A stretch of 41,460 nt of DNA, taken from positions 1-41,460 of the IMG/VR virus record IMGVR_UViG_3300009068_000072; one strand, given 5' to 3'. Of this stretch, positions 19,637-28,673 are shown piece by piece. The stretch comes from a virus. Taxonomy: Duplodnaviria > Caudoviricetes. Made by a program: the position numbers and the translations under genes. The notes beneath the pieces are model-generated. The model did no database searches, was not told the origin of the DNA, and saw nothing but the letters and a program-made list of their open reading frames with translations. The number at the start of each line of letters is the position of its first letter. Position 1 is the stretch's first letter.

Positions 19637-19819
19637 TTAAATATTATCTAAACCGTATATTACACCATCTTCTTCATCATCGAGATATAATTCGTCAGCA
19701 GATAAAAAATCAAAATCATCAAGTTCATATTTTTTAATGTCTGCAAAAGCTTGATTTAAGTCTTCTTCAAGAATTTCCATATTTTCTGTTGCATCAATTT
19801 CTATTTCGTATTTTTTCAT
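19637..19819 (-). CDS. Small, highly acidic protein
   Basis: 60 aa, D/E-rich, ATGA overlap with the HNH stop codon. Confidence 0.7.
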   Translation of the reverse strand: MKKYEIEIDATENMEILEEDLNQAFADIKKYELDDFDFLSADELYLDDEEDGVIYGLDNI

Positions 19820-20343
19820 ATTTTATTAGATTTTTTGATATTCTCCTCCGCTGTTAAAACTTGTAGATTCCAAGGAACATGGGTTCCACCTTTAGATAAA
19901 GGAATAATATGATCTACGTGATATTTTTTACCTGTTATAGTTTCAAAATATTTAGCTGTATCATAAAATATCTGACAAAAATCTTTTAATATTTTGGGCG
20001 ATTTTATTCTTGTGTCTCTTGCTCTTTGGTAATTTGCATGTCTTGCTAATTGCTCTTGAGTTCTTGGCGCTTTTCTTTTTCTAGTTAACTTATTTTGAAT
20101 TAAAATTTTATTTTTATAATCTAAATTATTTTGATATTTTGATTTTCTTTTTAAATTGGCTATAGGTCTATATTTTACGTCAGAGATTCTTTTTTTATTT
20201 TTATATTCTATAGTATTTTGACTAGCTTTATATTCTTTAAATTTATCTGAATTTACCCAATACTCTTTGTCTCCATTAATATAACTCCAAAAATATTTTT
20301 GGGTATTTATATTAAAATCTCCTCTTTTGAATTTATTAGTCAT
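19816..20343 (-). mobile_element. Free-standing HNH (homing) endonuclease gene
   Basis: [37 protein letters not shown] motif; basic N-terminus; 4-nt overlaps at both ends. Confidence 0.88.
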
Positions 20344-20753
20344 TTTGACATTAAATCCTTATCGGCTTGACGATAAGAATCCTTAACTTTTCCACCTCTT
20401 ACCATTCTAAGAAATGCATTAACGCGGGCTAATGCCCAAGCAGTTCTTGAAATTCCGGGTCTATGAGAAGAAGAAAATGCGCCTGCGCCACGACGAAATA
20501 CTTTCTTTAATTGACCTAAAGTTACTTTCTTTTTATTTTTACTATTATGTTCTTTAACTTTGTTCTTAAGAGCTTCAATTACTTTCTTAGAATATTCAAT
20601 AGCTTTGTCGCTTTTTGTTCCTGCGCTGCCGGGTTTATTGCGAGATGATCCTTTGCGTCTTTCAGAAGGCTTTGATGGTGTTTGAGCAGCAGATTTTGGT
20701 CCTTTTCTTTCGGCATTTAATTCAAAGCCGTATTGATCAGAATTATAATTCAT
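20340..20753 (-). CDS. Basic protein, DUF5824-like
   Basis: [30 protein letters not shown] motif; start moved to ATG 20753 because GTG 20771 is part of the promoter-like motif. Confidence 0.6.
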   Translation of the reverse strand: MNYNSDQYGFELNAERKGPKSAAQTPSKPSERRKGSSRNKPGSAGTKSDKAIEYSKKVIEALKNKVKEHNSKNKKKVTLGQLKKVFRRGAGAFSSSHRPGISRTAWALARVNAFLRMVRGGKVKDSYRQADKDLMSK

Positions 20754-20895
20754 GCTATATATATTATACACTTACAGAGGGAGATATTTTAAATTAATTT
20801 TAATTATTTTTTATATAAATTAACATAACGGATAGAACATTATGTTAATACCAAGCGTACACAATGAAGGTCGAGACGGCAAGTCTGACACGATT

Positions 20896-22203
20896 TTATT
20901 GGTATCGAGGACCAAAAGTATCATAGATATTTTTTATATCAGTTTGAGAAAGAGCAGTGTTATATACTTGTATTACACCAACATCTATGTTGTTTAAATA
21001 TCTTTTTATATTTGCATTAGTTTGATTACTTGGAAATGCTCCTGTTGGATTATATATCCTTCCACCTCCAGCTATATTTGATTTTCCAAGATATAAATTA
21101 CTCCAACCGATTTGATTATTTTTATTTCCTCCTCCGGGTAATTTGCAATTTATAACATGAGAGTTTGATATTGGAGAATATATTGTTCCCTCTGTTTGGT
21201 AAAATCCGGGCTGAATTGGAGAAACTATAGTTCTTATTGCTTTTTTTCTTGAATGTCGATCTGTGAGTTGTCCATTGCCTCTAATTAATGGATTAAAAGC
21301 CATATATGCTGTTGTTTGTTGCTCGCCATTAATATAAACTTTTACTGTTGTTGGAATATAATAATAAATAAATGGACCACTTATACCTGTTACTGTTGAA
21401 CCACATTCTACTGTTATTGATAGATGATAAGTTTCATTAAATTTATATTTAAAATCTGTCATAAATGAATGATTTTTATAATCATCTTGAATACTAAAAA
21501 CAAAAGAAAAAGGTTCAAATTGAAATTTATAACCATTAACATTTCCAGTTCTTGTATAATGTGGTGATCTATATCCAACTGAGAATTGTCCAGTATTTAA
21601 GAATATTCCTTTTTTTTCTCTTATTATTTTATACCCATTCTTTGATCTATGTTGAACTGGTCCTTTTAATTTAATAAAACAAGAAAAAGTTTTAGAATTA
21701 TTTTCTCGAAAAAGATTAAATATATTTCCTGCGCCCCCAGCTGGATCGCTTAATCTTAAAAGAGCTTGTTTTCTTTCTTTTGTGCCGTAATCTCTGCTTG
21801 CATGAAAATAATTTCTAGCTCCCACTCCAATATCAGAATTATCACTATACTTTTCATATGAAAAAAAGAAATTATTAAAAATAGCTTTTCTTTGAAGATT
21901 ATTTAAATCATCGTCTTTATTTAATATTGTTCCTTTTGAATAAACATAATTTGTTGCTGGAATAATAGATGGATATTTTGCAAAGATTTTATTTAAATAA
22001 GGTGTTGGAATTCTATAAAGTTCGCCTGTTGGTATGGATTTATATCCATTATAATATACTGGATCAAATAGATAAATTAAATTTTGATTTTGAGGAGATT
22101 GAGCAACAGAGTCTGGAATGATTTTTAATGCGCCAAGTCCAGCTCCGGCTCCAGCTGGAAAATTTAGATTTCCATCTCCTTTATAGGTAATGTTTATGCT
22201 CAT
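20896..22203 (-). CDS. LamG/concanavalin-A-like domain protein
   Basis: LIYLFDP..TFSCFIK..YHLSIT..KVYING..VGVIQVYNTALSQTDIKNIYD pattern. Confidence 0.7.
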   Translation of the reverse strand: MSINITYKGDGNLNFPAGAGAGLGALKIIPDSVAQSPQNQNLIYLFDPVYYNGYKSIPTGELYRIPTPYLNKIFAKYPSIIPATNYVYSKGTILNKDDDLNNLQRKAIFNNFFFSYEKYSDNSDIGVGARNYFHASRDYGTKERKQALLRLSDPAGGAGNIFNLFRENNSKTFSCFIKLKGPVQHRSKNGYKIIREKKGIFLNTGQFSVGYRSPHYTRTGNVNGYKFQFEPFSFVFSIQDDYKNHSFMTDFKYKFNETYHLSITVECGSTVTGISGPFIYYYIPTTVKVYINGEQQTTAYMAFNPLIRGNGQLTDRHSRKKAIRTIVSPIQPGFYQTEGTIYSPISNSHVINCKLPGGGNKNNQIGWSNLYLGKSNIAGGGRIYNPTGAFPSNQTNANIKRYLNNIDVGVIQVYNTALSQTDIKNIYDTFGPRYQ

Positions 22204-22355
22204 TTTTTATTTCCGTATAATGCTTCTGTTGCATTATAAGCTGATCCACTAGTTGGAGTTTCTGGATATTTAGTAGGCAATTCGTTGCTCTCAAGATTTG
22301 GTTCTGAGCAACTAACTAAAAAAAGCAAAGGCAAAATTAACACTAATTTCCTCAT
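22200..22355 (-). CDS. Small lipoprotein, 51 aa (not in ORF track)
   Basis: MRKLVLILPLLFLVSCSEPNLESNELPTKYPETPTSGSAYNATEALYGNKK; lipobox LVSC; GTGTAAG at 22367-22373; ATGA overlap with the next gene. Confidence 0.75.
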   Translation of the reverse strand: MRKLVLILPLLFLVSCSEPNLESNELPTKYPETPTSGSAYNATEALYGNKK

Positions 22356-22367
22356 ATAGTATTATAC

Positions 22368-22994
22368 TTACACCTTTAATGATTCTTCTATTATTTTCGC
22401 TTCTGCATCTCGTCTACGACTCATGCCCTTTTCTATACTTCCACCAATCCAAATTCTTTTCATATTTCTTATTTGGTTAGCTATAAAAGTTAATGCTTTT
22501 TGATCATAAGTAGATACTAATTTCATACCATCTCGTATTAATTTCATCTCGCGGCGGCGATCACCTTCTAATGCATTTCCTCTATTAAATACAAGACTAA
22601 CTAATCCGCCTTTTGCATCTTCTGGAAGATTATCAAAATTAGGAAAAGTTTGTTTTGTTAAATTATAGAATTTACTTACTGTTTTATTATTAAATACTTT
22701 TAGTGCAAGTTCCCAAGGAATAGTTATATCTTTTAATCCTCTTATAAGATTCTTGGCATTGTATCCTTTGATACCAACTACTTTATATAATCTATCAAAA
22801 GTTTCTTTAGGTAGATCTTTCCAATCTTCACTAAATTCAGTTTTATTTACATAACCTAAATCATAACCAACACCAATTGTAACTCCGCTTTGACCCTCGG
22901 GCCAAGCTGGATTTTTTAAAAATTTATTATAATAATTTTCGCCACCACCAACTTCAAATTCAAGAATAAGATCTAAGGATTTTTTATTTAACAT
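22368..22994 (-). CDS. Endolysin, lysozyme fold (GH24/pesticin-like muramidase)
   Basis: LILEFE..SGVTIGVGYDLG..LVSLVFNRG..GMSRRRDAEA. Confidence 0.85.
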   Translation of the reverse strand: MLNKKSLDLILEFEVGGGENYYNKFLKNPAWPEGQSGVTIGVGYDLGYVNKTEFSEDWKDLPKETFDRLYKVVGIKGYNAKNLIRGLKDITIPWELALKVFNNKTVSKFYNLTKQTFPNFDNLPEDAKGGLVSLVFNRGNALEGDRRREMKLIRDGMKLVSTYDQKALTFIANQIRNMKRIWIGGSIEKGMSRRRDAEAKIIEESLKV

Positions 22995-22996
22995 AT

Positions 22997-24415
22997 TTAT
23001 ATAGGATAATTTACTCCATAAAATCTAACTGTATTCCATCCATCTTTGCACATTACAAAGAATCTATAATAGTTATTTACCGAGCCTCCTGATGGTCCAG
23101 TGCTAGTTATATTAATAATACCACCTCCAAGATCAGAAATTGAATCAGCACTTATACTACTTGATGTTTTAGCTCTAATAACAACATAATTAGAAGAAAA
23201 ATCTACTCCTCCAAGAGAATTTAATATTGTTGCTGGATCAAAACCTAAAGATGAGCAACTACTAGCAAAAGAAGAGTAATTAAAAGCTATATTATCAAAA
23301 GTAGCACCAATCGGAGCATTGTTTCCTGCAGTTTGAACTAATTTATTAATATTTTGATAACCGCAAGTGATAGCATATTTTCCTTTAAGATAAGTTTCAA
23401 CTTGCTGGCGTTCTGTGGATGTTACTGCCCGATTATATGATATAATTTCTGCCACATCTCCATCTAGTTCATATCCAAAACCATAGCCACCGATTAAATC
23501 AAAGGTATTGCTTTCATCAAAAGTGCCAACCGAATCAACGCCGCCAGAGCTATTTGAATACGCCTTACCACCTCCATTTTGCGTTGCTGTTCCAATAAAA
23601 TAATTGTTATTAACTTCTGCTGATGACCAAGCAATTATGCTGTCACCTTCTCCACTTCCAACGTCATTTTCAGACAGAATAAATTTATTTCTAGCACTTG
23701 CATTGTAGCTTTCCGATGTGATTGAGGCTATATACTTTCCATAATTTGAATCCGTTGACCAAAAGAACATTGATCCATTGGTGTTGTCATTATTTTTGCA
23801 AACAATAAAAATGCTGTATTCAGTCCCGCCAATGCTTGATGTAAGAGCCATCTGTTGCCCAGCCCCATCAAATCTTAAAACAGGCTTTGAGTTTAAGGTG
23901 TTTGATACAAAAGTAGGCCGTGTTCCTATTGATGAGCTTGCATTTCTCCCATTTCCACTCTGATCTGCCCAAGCAGTTACAACTTGTGGTGTTGTGCTGG
24001 AAGTTGTTGCTATAGGTGGGTCATCTGACGCAAAATATTGAAACCAAGGTCCTGCAAGTTCTCCTGCAGCGTAAAGGGGGGCTAAGTTATACAGTGCTTT
24101 CCAAATACCGTCTTCCGAATCAAAACTGATAAAATGAGTAAAGTCTCCTGCAACTTTATAAAAGGCACCCCCCGTCCAAGTATATGTCCCATTAACGGCT
24201 GCTGTCCCTGCATCGCTTAATGTAACTGAACTTATGAATGGAGTTCCGCCTTCAGTAGTTACCCCAACATCAGCCTTGAGCCATAAACTCAAACCTTGTA
24301 TTTCTTTTGGATCAAATATATAATTTAATAATAATGTTCCGCCACCAAGATTTTGTTTTTTAATAGAAATCTTGTTATTTTTACTTGAATTATAATTCGC
24401 TTTTAAACGCCCCAT
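22997..24415 (-). CDS. LamG-like domain protein
   Basis: GLSLWLKAD..VTAWADQSGNGRNA..RPTF..KPVLRFDG..DGDVAEIISYNRAVTSTERQQVETYLKGKY. Confidence 0.75.
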   Translation of the reverse strand: MGRLKANYNSSKNNKISIKKQNLGGGTLLLNYIFDPKEIQGLSLWLKADVGVTTEGGTPFISSVTLSDAGTAAVNGTYTWTGGAFYKVAGDFTHFISFDSEDGIWKALYNLAPLYAAGELAGPWFQYFASDDPPIATTSSTTPQVVTAWADQSGNGRNASSSIGTRPTFVSNTLNSKPVLRFDGAGQQMALTSSIGGTEYSIFIVCKNNDNTNGSMFFWSTDSNYGKYIASITSESYNASARNKFILSENDVGSGEGDSIIAWSSAEVNNNYFIGTATQNGGGKAYSNSSGGVDSVGTFDESNTFDLIGGYGFGYELDGDVAEIISYNRAVTSTERQQVETYLKGKYAITCGYQNINKLVQTAGNNAPIGATFDNIAFNYSSFASSCSSLGFDPATILNSLGGVDFSSNYVVIRAKTSSSISADSISDLGGGIINITSTGPSGGSVNNYYRFFVMCKDGWNTVRFYGVNYPI

Positions 24416-24420
24416 TTTAT

Positions 24421-24837
24421 TTAATTATTTATTTTATCTATGGTCTTGTCTAGTATATTATCTTGAGGTACTTTTTCTTTTAACCAACTATTCATAACAC
24501 CAAAATAAACAAGATGTTCGCTACTAATAAGAAATAATTCATTGCCAAAATTATCTTTGTAAGAAGTTATTCCAGCGTCTTCAGTTAGATCAATTGCTTT
24601 TTCTTTTTTGAATTTGATTCTGTACATTTTAATTAGATTATTATATCGTTCGCGCGCTTGGCGAGTAATAAGAGCATCATCACCAACAAAAGAAATTAAT
24701 CCACCATTATCTTTATCATATTGTTTTGGAGTAGTTGCGTCATAAGATGATTTGTCATCTTGTATTTTATTTGGCGTCACAGTAGCACATCCAACAAGAA
24801 GAAAATTAAGAACTAATATGCTTGCGAGCTTGTTCAA
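24421..24837 (-). CDS. Lipoprotein, putative o-spanin
   Basis: Signal peptide with lipobox LVGC; overlaps the upstream membrane protein gene by 32 nt. Confidence 0.6.
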   Translation of the reverse strand: MNKLASILVLNFLLVGCATVTPNKIQDDKSSYDATTPKQYDKDNGGLISFVGDDALITRQARERYNNLIKMYRIKFKKEKAIDLTEDAGITSYKDNFGNELFLISSEHLVYFGVMNSWLKEKVPQDNILDKTIDKINN

Positions 24838-25006
24838 GGTCTTTTTCCTTTACTGCATTTTCGATTCCACTTTGATGATCAACTTCTTTTTGAGCTTCTT
24901 GGCGCTCTTTCATTTCTTTTGTATTCTTAGCGCCGAATACGTTATTGATTGCTGCGAATATTCCAGATACTGCTGAAAGTAATGCTGTTAATATCCCAGT
25001 TGGCAT
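24806..25006 (-). CDS. Putative i-spanin-like membrane protein
   Basis: Probable start ATG 25006 (MPTGILTALLSAVSGIFAAINNVF), hydrophobic anchor plus charged helix. Confidence 0.5.
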   Translation of the reverse strand: MPTGILTALLSAVSGIFAAINNVFGAKNTKEMKERQEAQKEVDHQSGIENAVKEKDLEQARKHISS

Positions 25007-25008
25007 GA

Positions 25009-25458
25009 TTACTCTACGTAACTTGCTGTTGCATCTTTGCATCCAGATGCAATAGCGTTAAGTACCTTTACTGCAAGAGCACCATTTCCATCTAGTCTAG
25101 CAAATTGTTGAGCGTAAAGATCTTTGATTACGGTAACATAATTTGCCCAATGAGTTTTTTCTGCTGGAAGATAATCATTAAGAGCTTTTTGAAGTTGCTC
25201 TGGAGTTGGAGTAGTTCCAACTGTTAGTGTTTCTACGATAGCAGCAACATGATTAATCATCTTAGCTTTTTCGATCCTATCGTTACCAGAAACTGCTTGA
25301 TCAAGAACAACAGTACAAGCTAGTACAACTGCTGGCTTAACATAAGGAAGAGTATTTTCAACACTTGTTGCAACGTCAACTTTTCCAGTATTAGTAGTAG
25401 CACAAGCACCAAGAAATACGCTCAAGAGAGCAACTGCGGCTAATTGTAATTTATTCAT
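25009..25458 (-). CDS. Lipoprotein in lysis cassette
   Basis: MNKLQLAAVALLSVFLGAC signal peptide and lipobox; helical mature part. Confidence 0.75.
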   Translation of the reverse strand: MNKLQLAAVALLSVFLGACATTNTGKVDVATSVENTLPYVKPAVVLACTVVLDQAVSGNDRIEKAKMINHVAAIVETLTVGTTPTPEQLQKALNDYLPAEKTHWANYVTVIKDLYAQQFARLDGNGALAVKVLNAIASGCKDATASYVE

Positions 25459-25739
25459 ACTTTTTCTCCATGTGTTCTATCTTTTGCTTCAATTGTTTGA
25501 GCTACTGTTCCACCAGTAACTGCTGCATCTTTGACTGTTAATGCAAAAATAATACCAGAAACAACTGCAATTAATTTTGAAATTCCTGTGATATAAACTT
25601 CTGCTTTATCTGGAAGAAATGCTACTAATGAAGGATCAGAATGAATTGCTATTGCTGTGCAAACTGCTACAACTGTTGTAACGCCAGATGAGCTAGATCT
25701 CCAATTTGGGCCAAATATTTTAGATAGCATAGTTTTCAT
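25455..25739 (-). CDS. Putative holin
   Basis: 94 aa, two hydrophobic segments, NWRSS N-terminus and KD after TM2; first gene of the cassette, GTGTAAT at 25745-25751. Confidence 0.65.
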   Translation of the reverse strand: MKTMLSKIFGPNWRSSSSGVTTVVAVCTAIAIHSDPSLVAFLPDKAEVYITGISKLIAVVSGIIFALTVKDAAVTGGTVAQTIEAKDRTHGEKV

Positions 25740-25775
25740 AAGATATTACACTATATTATATTAGTGTTTTAATTA

Positions 25776-26906
25776 TTATTTTTCAAATATATTATATATT
25801 TGTTCGATTTTTTGAGCTGATTTTTCCCAAGAGTAATTTTGGCATATTTGTAAGCCTTTATCTATTCTATTTTTCTTATTTTCTTCTGTTAAATTAATAA
25901 ATGTATTTATTGCAGATTCCATAGATTCTTTAGATATTCCACAATTTATAGCTACATCTTCGGTTAAAAAATCTCCCATACCATCCACAAAGCTACTTAA
26001 TAATATACTCTCGCTAGCAAGAGCTTCTAATGCAACAATACCAAATGGTTCATGAATACTAGGCATTATTACTGCGTCAGCCGCAAATAACATATCTATT
26101 TTTTCTTGATTATATTTAGGGCCAACATATATAAAATTTTTATCTGTTTCACTTCTTTTTATAACTTTTTCTACTAATTCAGCAGCAGAGCCTTTGTGTC
26201 CACCAATAATAATTAAATCTACATTTGGTGGCAATTTTATATTAACAAGAGTTTGTATGTTCTTTTGATATTCAAGCCTGCCAATATAAATTATTTTATA
26301 TTTATTATCCCCCGGTAATTGAATATCATTTTGTTTTTTCCATAAATTTAAATCTATGCCATTTTCTATAACAAATGTTTTATGCCAAAAAAATGGAGAA
26401 GATTTCTTTGCGTAATTATTAGATACTTGAATAATAGTATCAGATTTATGCATTCCTTCGATCTCTATAGCTTTATGAAGTTGGTATAGTGGACTTGCAT
26501 TAATATCAATATTGTAACTTTTAACTAATTCATTAATTGATAATTGAATTGTGGTTATTAATGGAACTTTATAATAATCTGCAAGAAACATTGCTGGCAT
26601 AAAAGTGCTCCAATCAAAAGAATGTATAATATCTGGTTTTGGATATTCAAATGATTTTTTAATAAACGAATTTTGATTTAAAAATGGATAAAATAAAGGA
26701 TCAATTTTTGTGGCGTAAACTTTTAATAAACTTTCTATACTCTTAAATGAATAGTTTCTACCAGCAAATTCTCCATTAAATTCACAATGCCCAATTATAT
26801 CAAAATAATATTTATCACTAATATGATTTAAATTATTTCTTAATTGTTCGCCCATTCCACCCATTACATTATGAATAGAGTCAGTTAAAAGAGCTTGTAC
26901 TCGCAT
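25776..26906 (-). CDS. Glycosyltransferase family 4 (GT-B fold)
   Basis: GGMG, PDIIHSFDW, VIENGID, YIGRLEYQKNI, MPSIHEPFGIVALEALA (EX7E). Confidence 0.92.
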   Translation of the reverse strand: MRVQALLTDSIHNVMGGMGEQLRNNLNHISDKYYFDIIGHCEFNGEFAGRNYSFKSIESLLKVYATKIDPLFYPFLNQNSFIKKSFEYPKPDIIHSFDWSTFMPAMFLADYYKVPLITTIQLSINELVKSYNIDINASPLYQLHKAIEIEGMHKSDTIIQVSNNYAKKSSPFFWHKTFVIENGIDLNLWKKQNDIQLPGDNKYKIIYIGRLEYQKNIQTLVNIKLPPNVDLIIIGGHKGSAAELVEKVIKRSETDKNFIYVGPKYNQEKIDMLFAADAVIMPSIHEPFGIVALEALASESILLSSFVDGMGDFLTEDVAINCGISKESMESAINTFINLTEENKKNRIDKGLQICQNYSWEKSAQKIEQIYNIFEK

Positions 26907-26945
26907 TAAGTTATTATAAGTATATATAGAAAAAAAATATAAAAA

Positions 26946-28673
26946 TTATGTATCAAAAGCAAACATATCTAAGAAAATACCAGTTGGATTTGCTCCATTT
27001 GGAAATCCTTGTGAAGTGGCAAATCGCATTCCACTTGGACCATGATTTCTGAAAGCCATATTTAACCAGCTATTATTTGCTGCATCTGTTGTTAACCATG
27101 CAGATTCAAAAACAATATGACAACCAGTGCTATTTGAACTTACTCCTCCTGCTCCACAAGCGTTAAATGGATTACAATTAAGACCGCCTGCATTAGCAGT
27201 GTAAAATCCAACTAAAAATCCTGTTAGATATTGAGCTGCATTTTGAGCATATGTTATACCAGTTTTTAGATACAGGTTTGGCATACTATTTCCCGACATA
27301 ATATATTCAATAAAAGATAAGTCTGTCAAAGATTTTGTAGTATATGCCTGATTAAAATCTCTAGTTACATATAAAAAGTCAGTATTTTTTGTTGCATCAA
27401 TCATATTAAATGTGCCAAAACGATTTGTGGTGCTAGATCCACCAATAGCATAACCACCGCCATAAGGTGAAAATTCTATAGCGCAATTATTAGTAACAGT
27501 TGTGCTACTATTAAACATAAATTCATTATGTGTTCCGTTCTTGTTTGCTGCAGAAACATTTACTAAAGCTAAACCTCTAGATGCTACAACTCTTTCAAAA
27601 GATGGTCTTGGAACATTTCCAGTAGTTGAAAAAAGAATCATAGCTTCGTTTGGATTATTTAAAATTCCAAGGTTGCCAGAATAAACTTGTCTAGAGAATG
27701 GGGCTATTCCAGTTAAAATATTTATTCTACCAGTTTTAATTCCTCCATCAAAAAAGAAATTCAATGGATTTCTCATAAAATTAAAACTACTGTTAATTCT
27801 ATTTGTAGTTAGATTTCCGGTAACAATATTTACTCCAGAAGGTGTGATTCTAGCTATCGTACTTCCAGCTGTAGTTCCTCCAGCGTGAAATTCTATAGCT
27901 CTTCCGGCTGTTCTTGTTCCAATATCTAAATTTCCACCATCTATAAATAAGTATCCATCCAGACCACTTCCATTAGTAAACGCTGGATCATCATATCCAC
28001 TATTATTTATGCCAAGGTTAATATAATTACTATTGTCTGTTCCATTGTTGGCTGTTATAACTAGATCTGCACTAGCAAATGCACCGCTTGCGCGATTTTG
28101 AATATTAAGTTGCATGTAGCTATTTCCGCTACCAACTACTGAAAGTGGATTATTTAATAATGGAGTAGCTGACACTCCACCATTAGAGAAAATACCAGAA
28201 TCAAAAAACGTTTTAACTCCAGAAATAGTTTGATTTCCAGTATTATATACTAAATTATTTGCAAAAAGTGTCGTAAAATAACCCGTGTATCCACTAAAAT
28301 TACCTGTGACTGTTGTATCTATGATTTCATTATATCTTATTGTTCCTCCAACAGTAAGATTTCCAGAAACAGTTAAATTATTTCCTAAACTTACATCTGC
28401 TCCATTTATAGTTACTGATACTCCAGAAAGACTAAGAGTATCAATATTATTCAAATCTAAAGCATTAAATACGCCAGTACCACTAACATTAAAAACACTA
28501 TCAATTAAATAAACATTTGTTCCACTTACTACTATTTGACCAACATCATTAATATTAATTCCTGTGCCGCCGCCATATGTTATTTCATATTGATTAGATG
28601 CAATAACATTTTGAACTGCACCAGAAAGATCAGCTTGATTAATTTGCTTTGCGCGAATTAGATTATCAGCCAT
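26946..28673 (-). CDS. Fibre/spike-like virion protein
   Basis: 575 aa, G/N/T/S-rich, contains LVYNTGNQTISGVKTF shared with the 885-aa fibre. Confidence 0.65.
   Translation of the reverse strand: MADNLIRAKQINQADLSGAVQNVIASNQYEITYGGGTGININDVGQIVVSGTNVYLIDSVFNVSGTGVFNALDLNNIDTLSLSGVSVTINGADVSLGNNLTVSGNLTVGGTIRYNEIIDTTVTGNFSGYTGYFTTLFANNLVYNTGNQTISGVKTFFDSGIFSNGGVSATPLLNNPLSVVGSGNSYMQLNIQNRASGAFASADLVITANNGTDNSNYINLGINNSGYDDPAFTNGSGLDGYLFIDGGNLDIGTRTAGRAIEFHAGGTTAGSTIARITPSGVNIVTGNLTTNRINSSFNFMRNPLNFFFDGGIKTGRINILTGIAPFSRQVYSGNLGILNNPNEAMILFSTTGNVPRPSFERVVASRGLALVNVSAANKNGTHNEFMFNSSTTVTNNCAIEFSPYGGGYAIGGSSTTNRFGTFNMIDATKNTDFLYVTRDFNQAYTTKSLTDLSFIEYIMSGNSMPNLYLKTGITYAQNAAQYLTGFLVGFYTANAGGLNCNPFNACGAGGVSSNSTGCHIVFESAWLTTDAANNSWLNMAFRNHGPSGMRFATSQGFPNGANPTGIFLDMFAFDT

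Noticed and set aside
19816-20343. Group I intron around the HNH gene
   Set aside because: The ORF overlaps both neighbours, leaving no non-coding sequence for a ribozyme core
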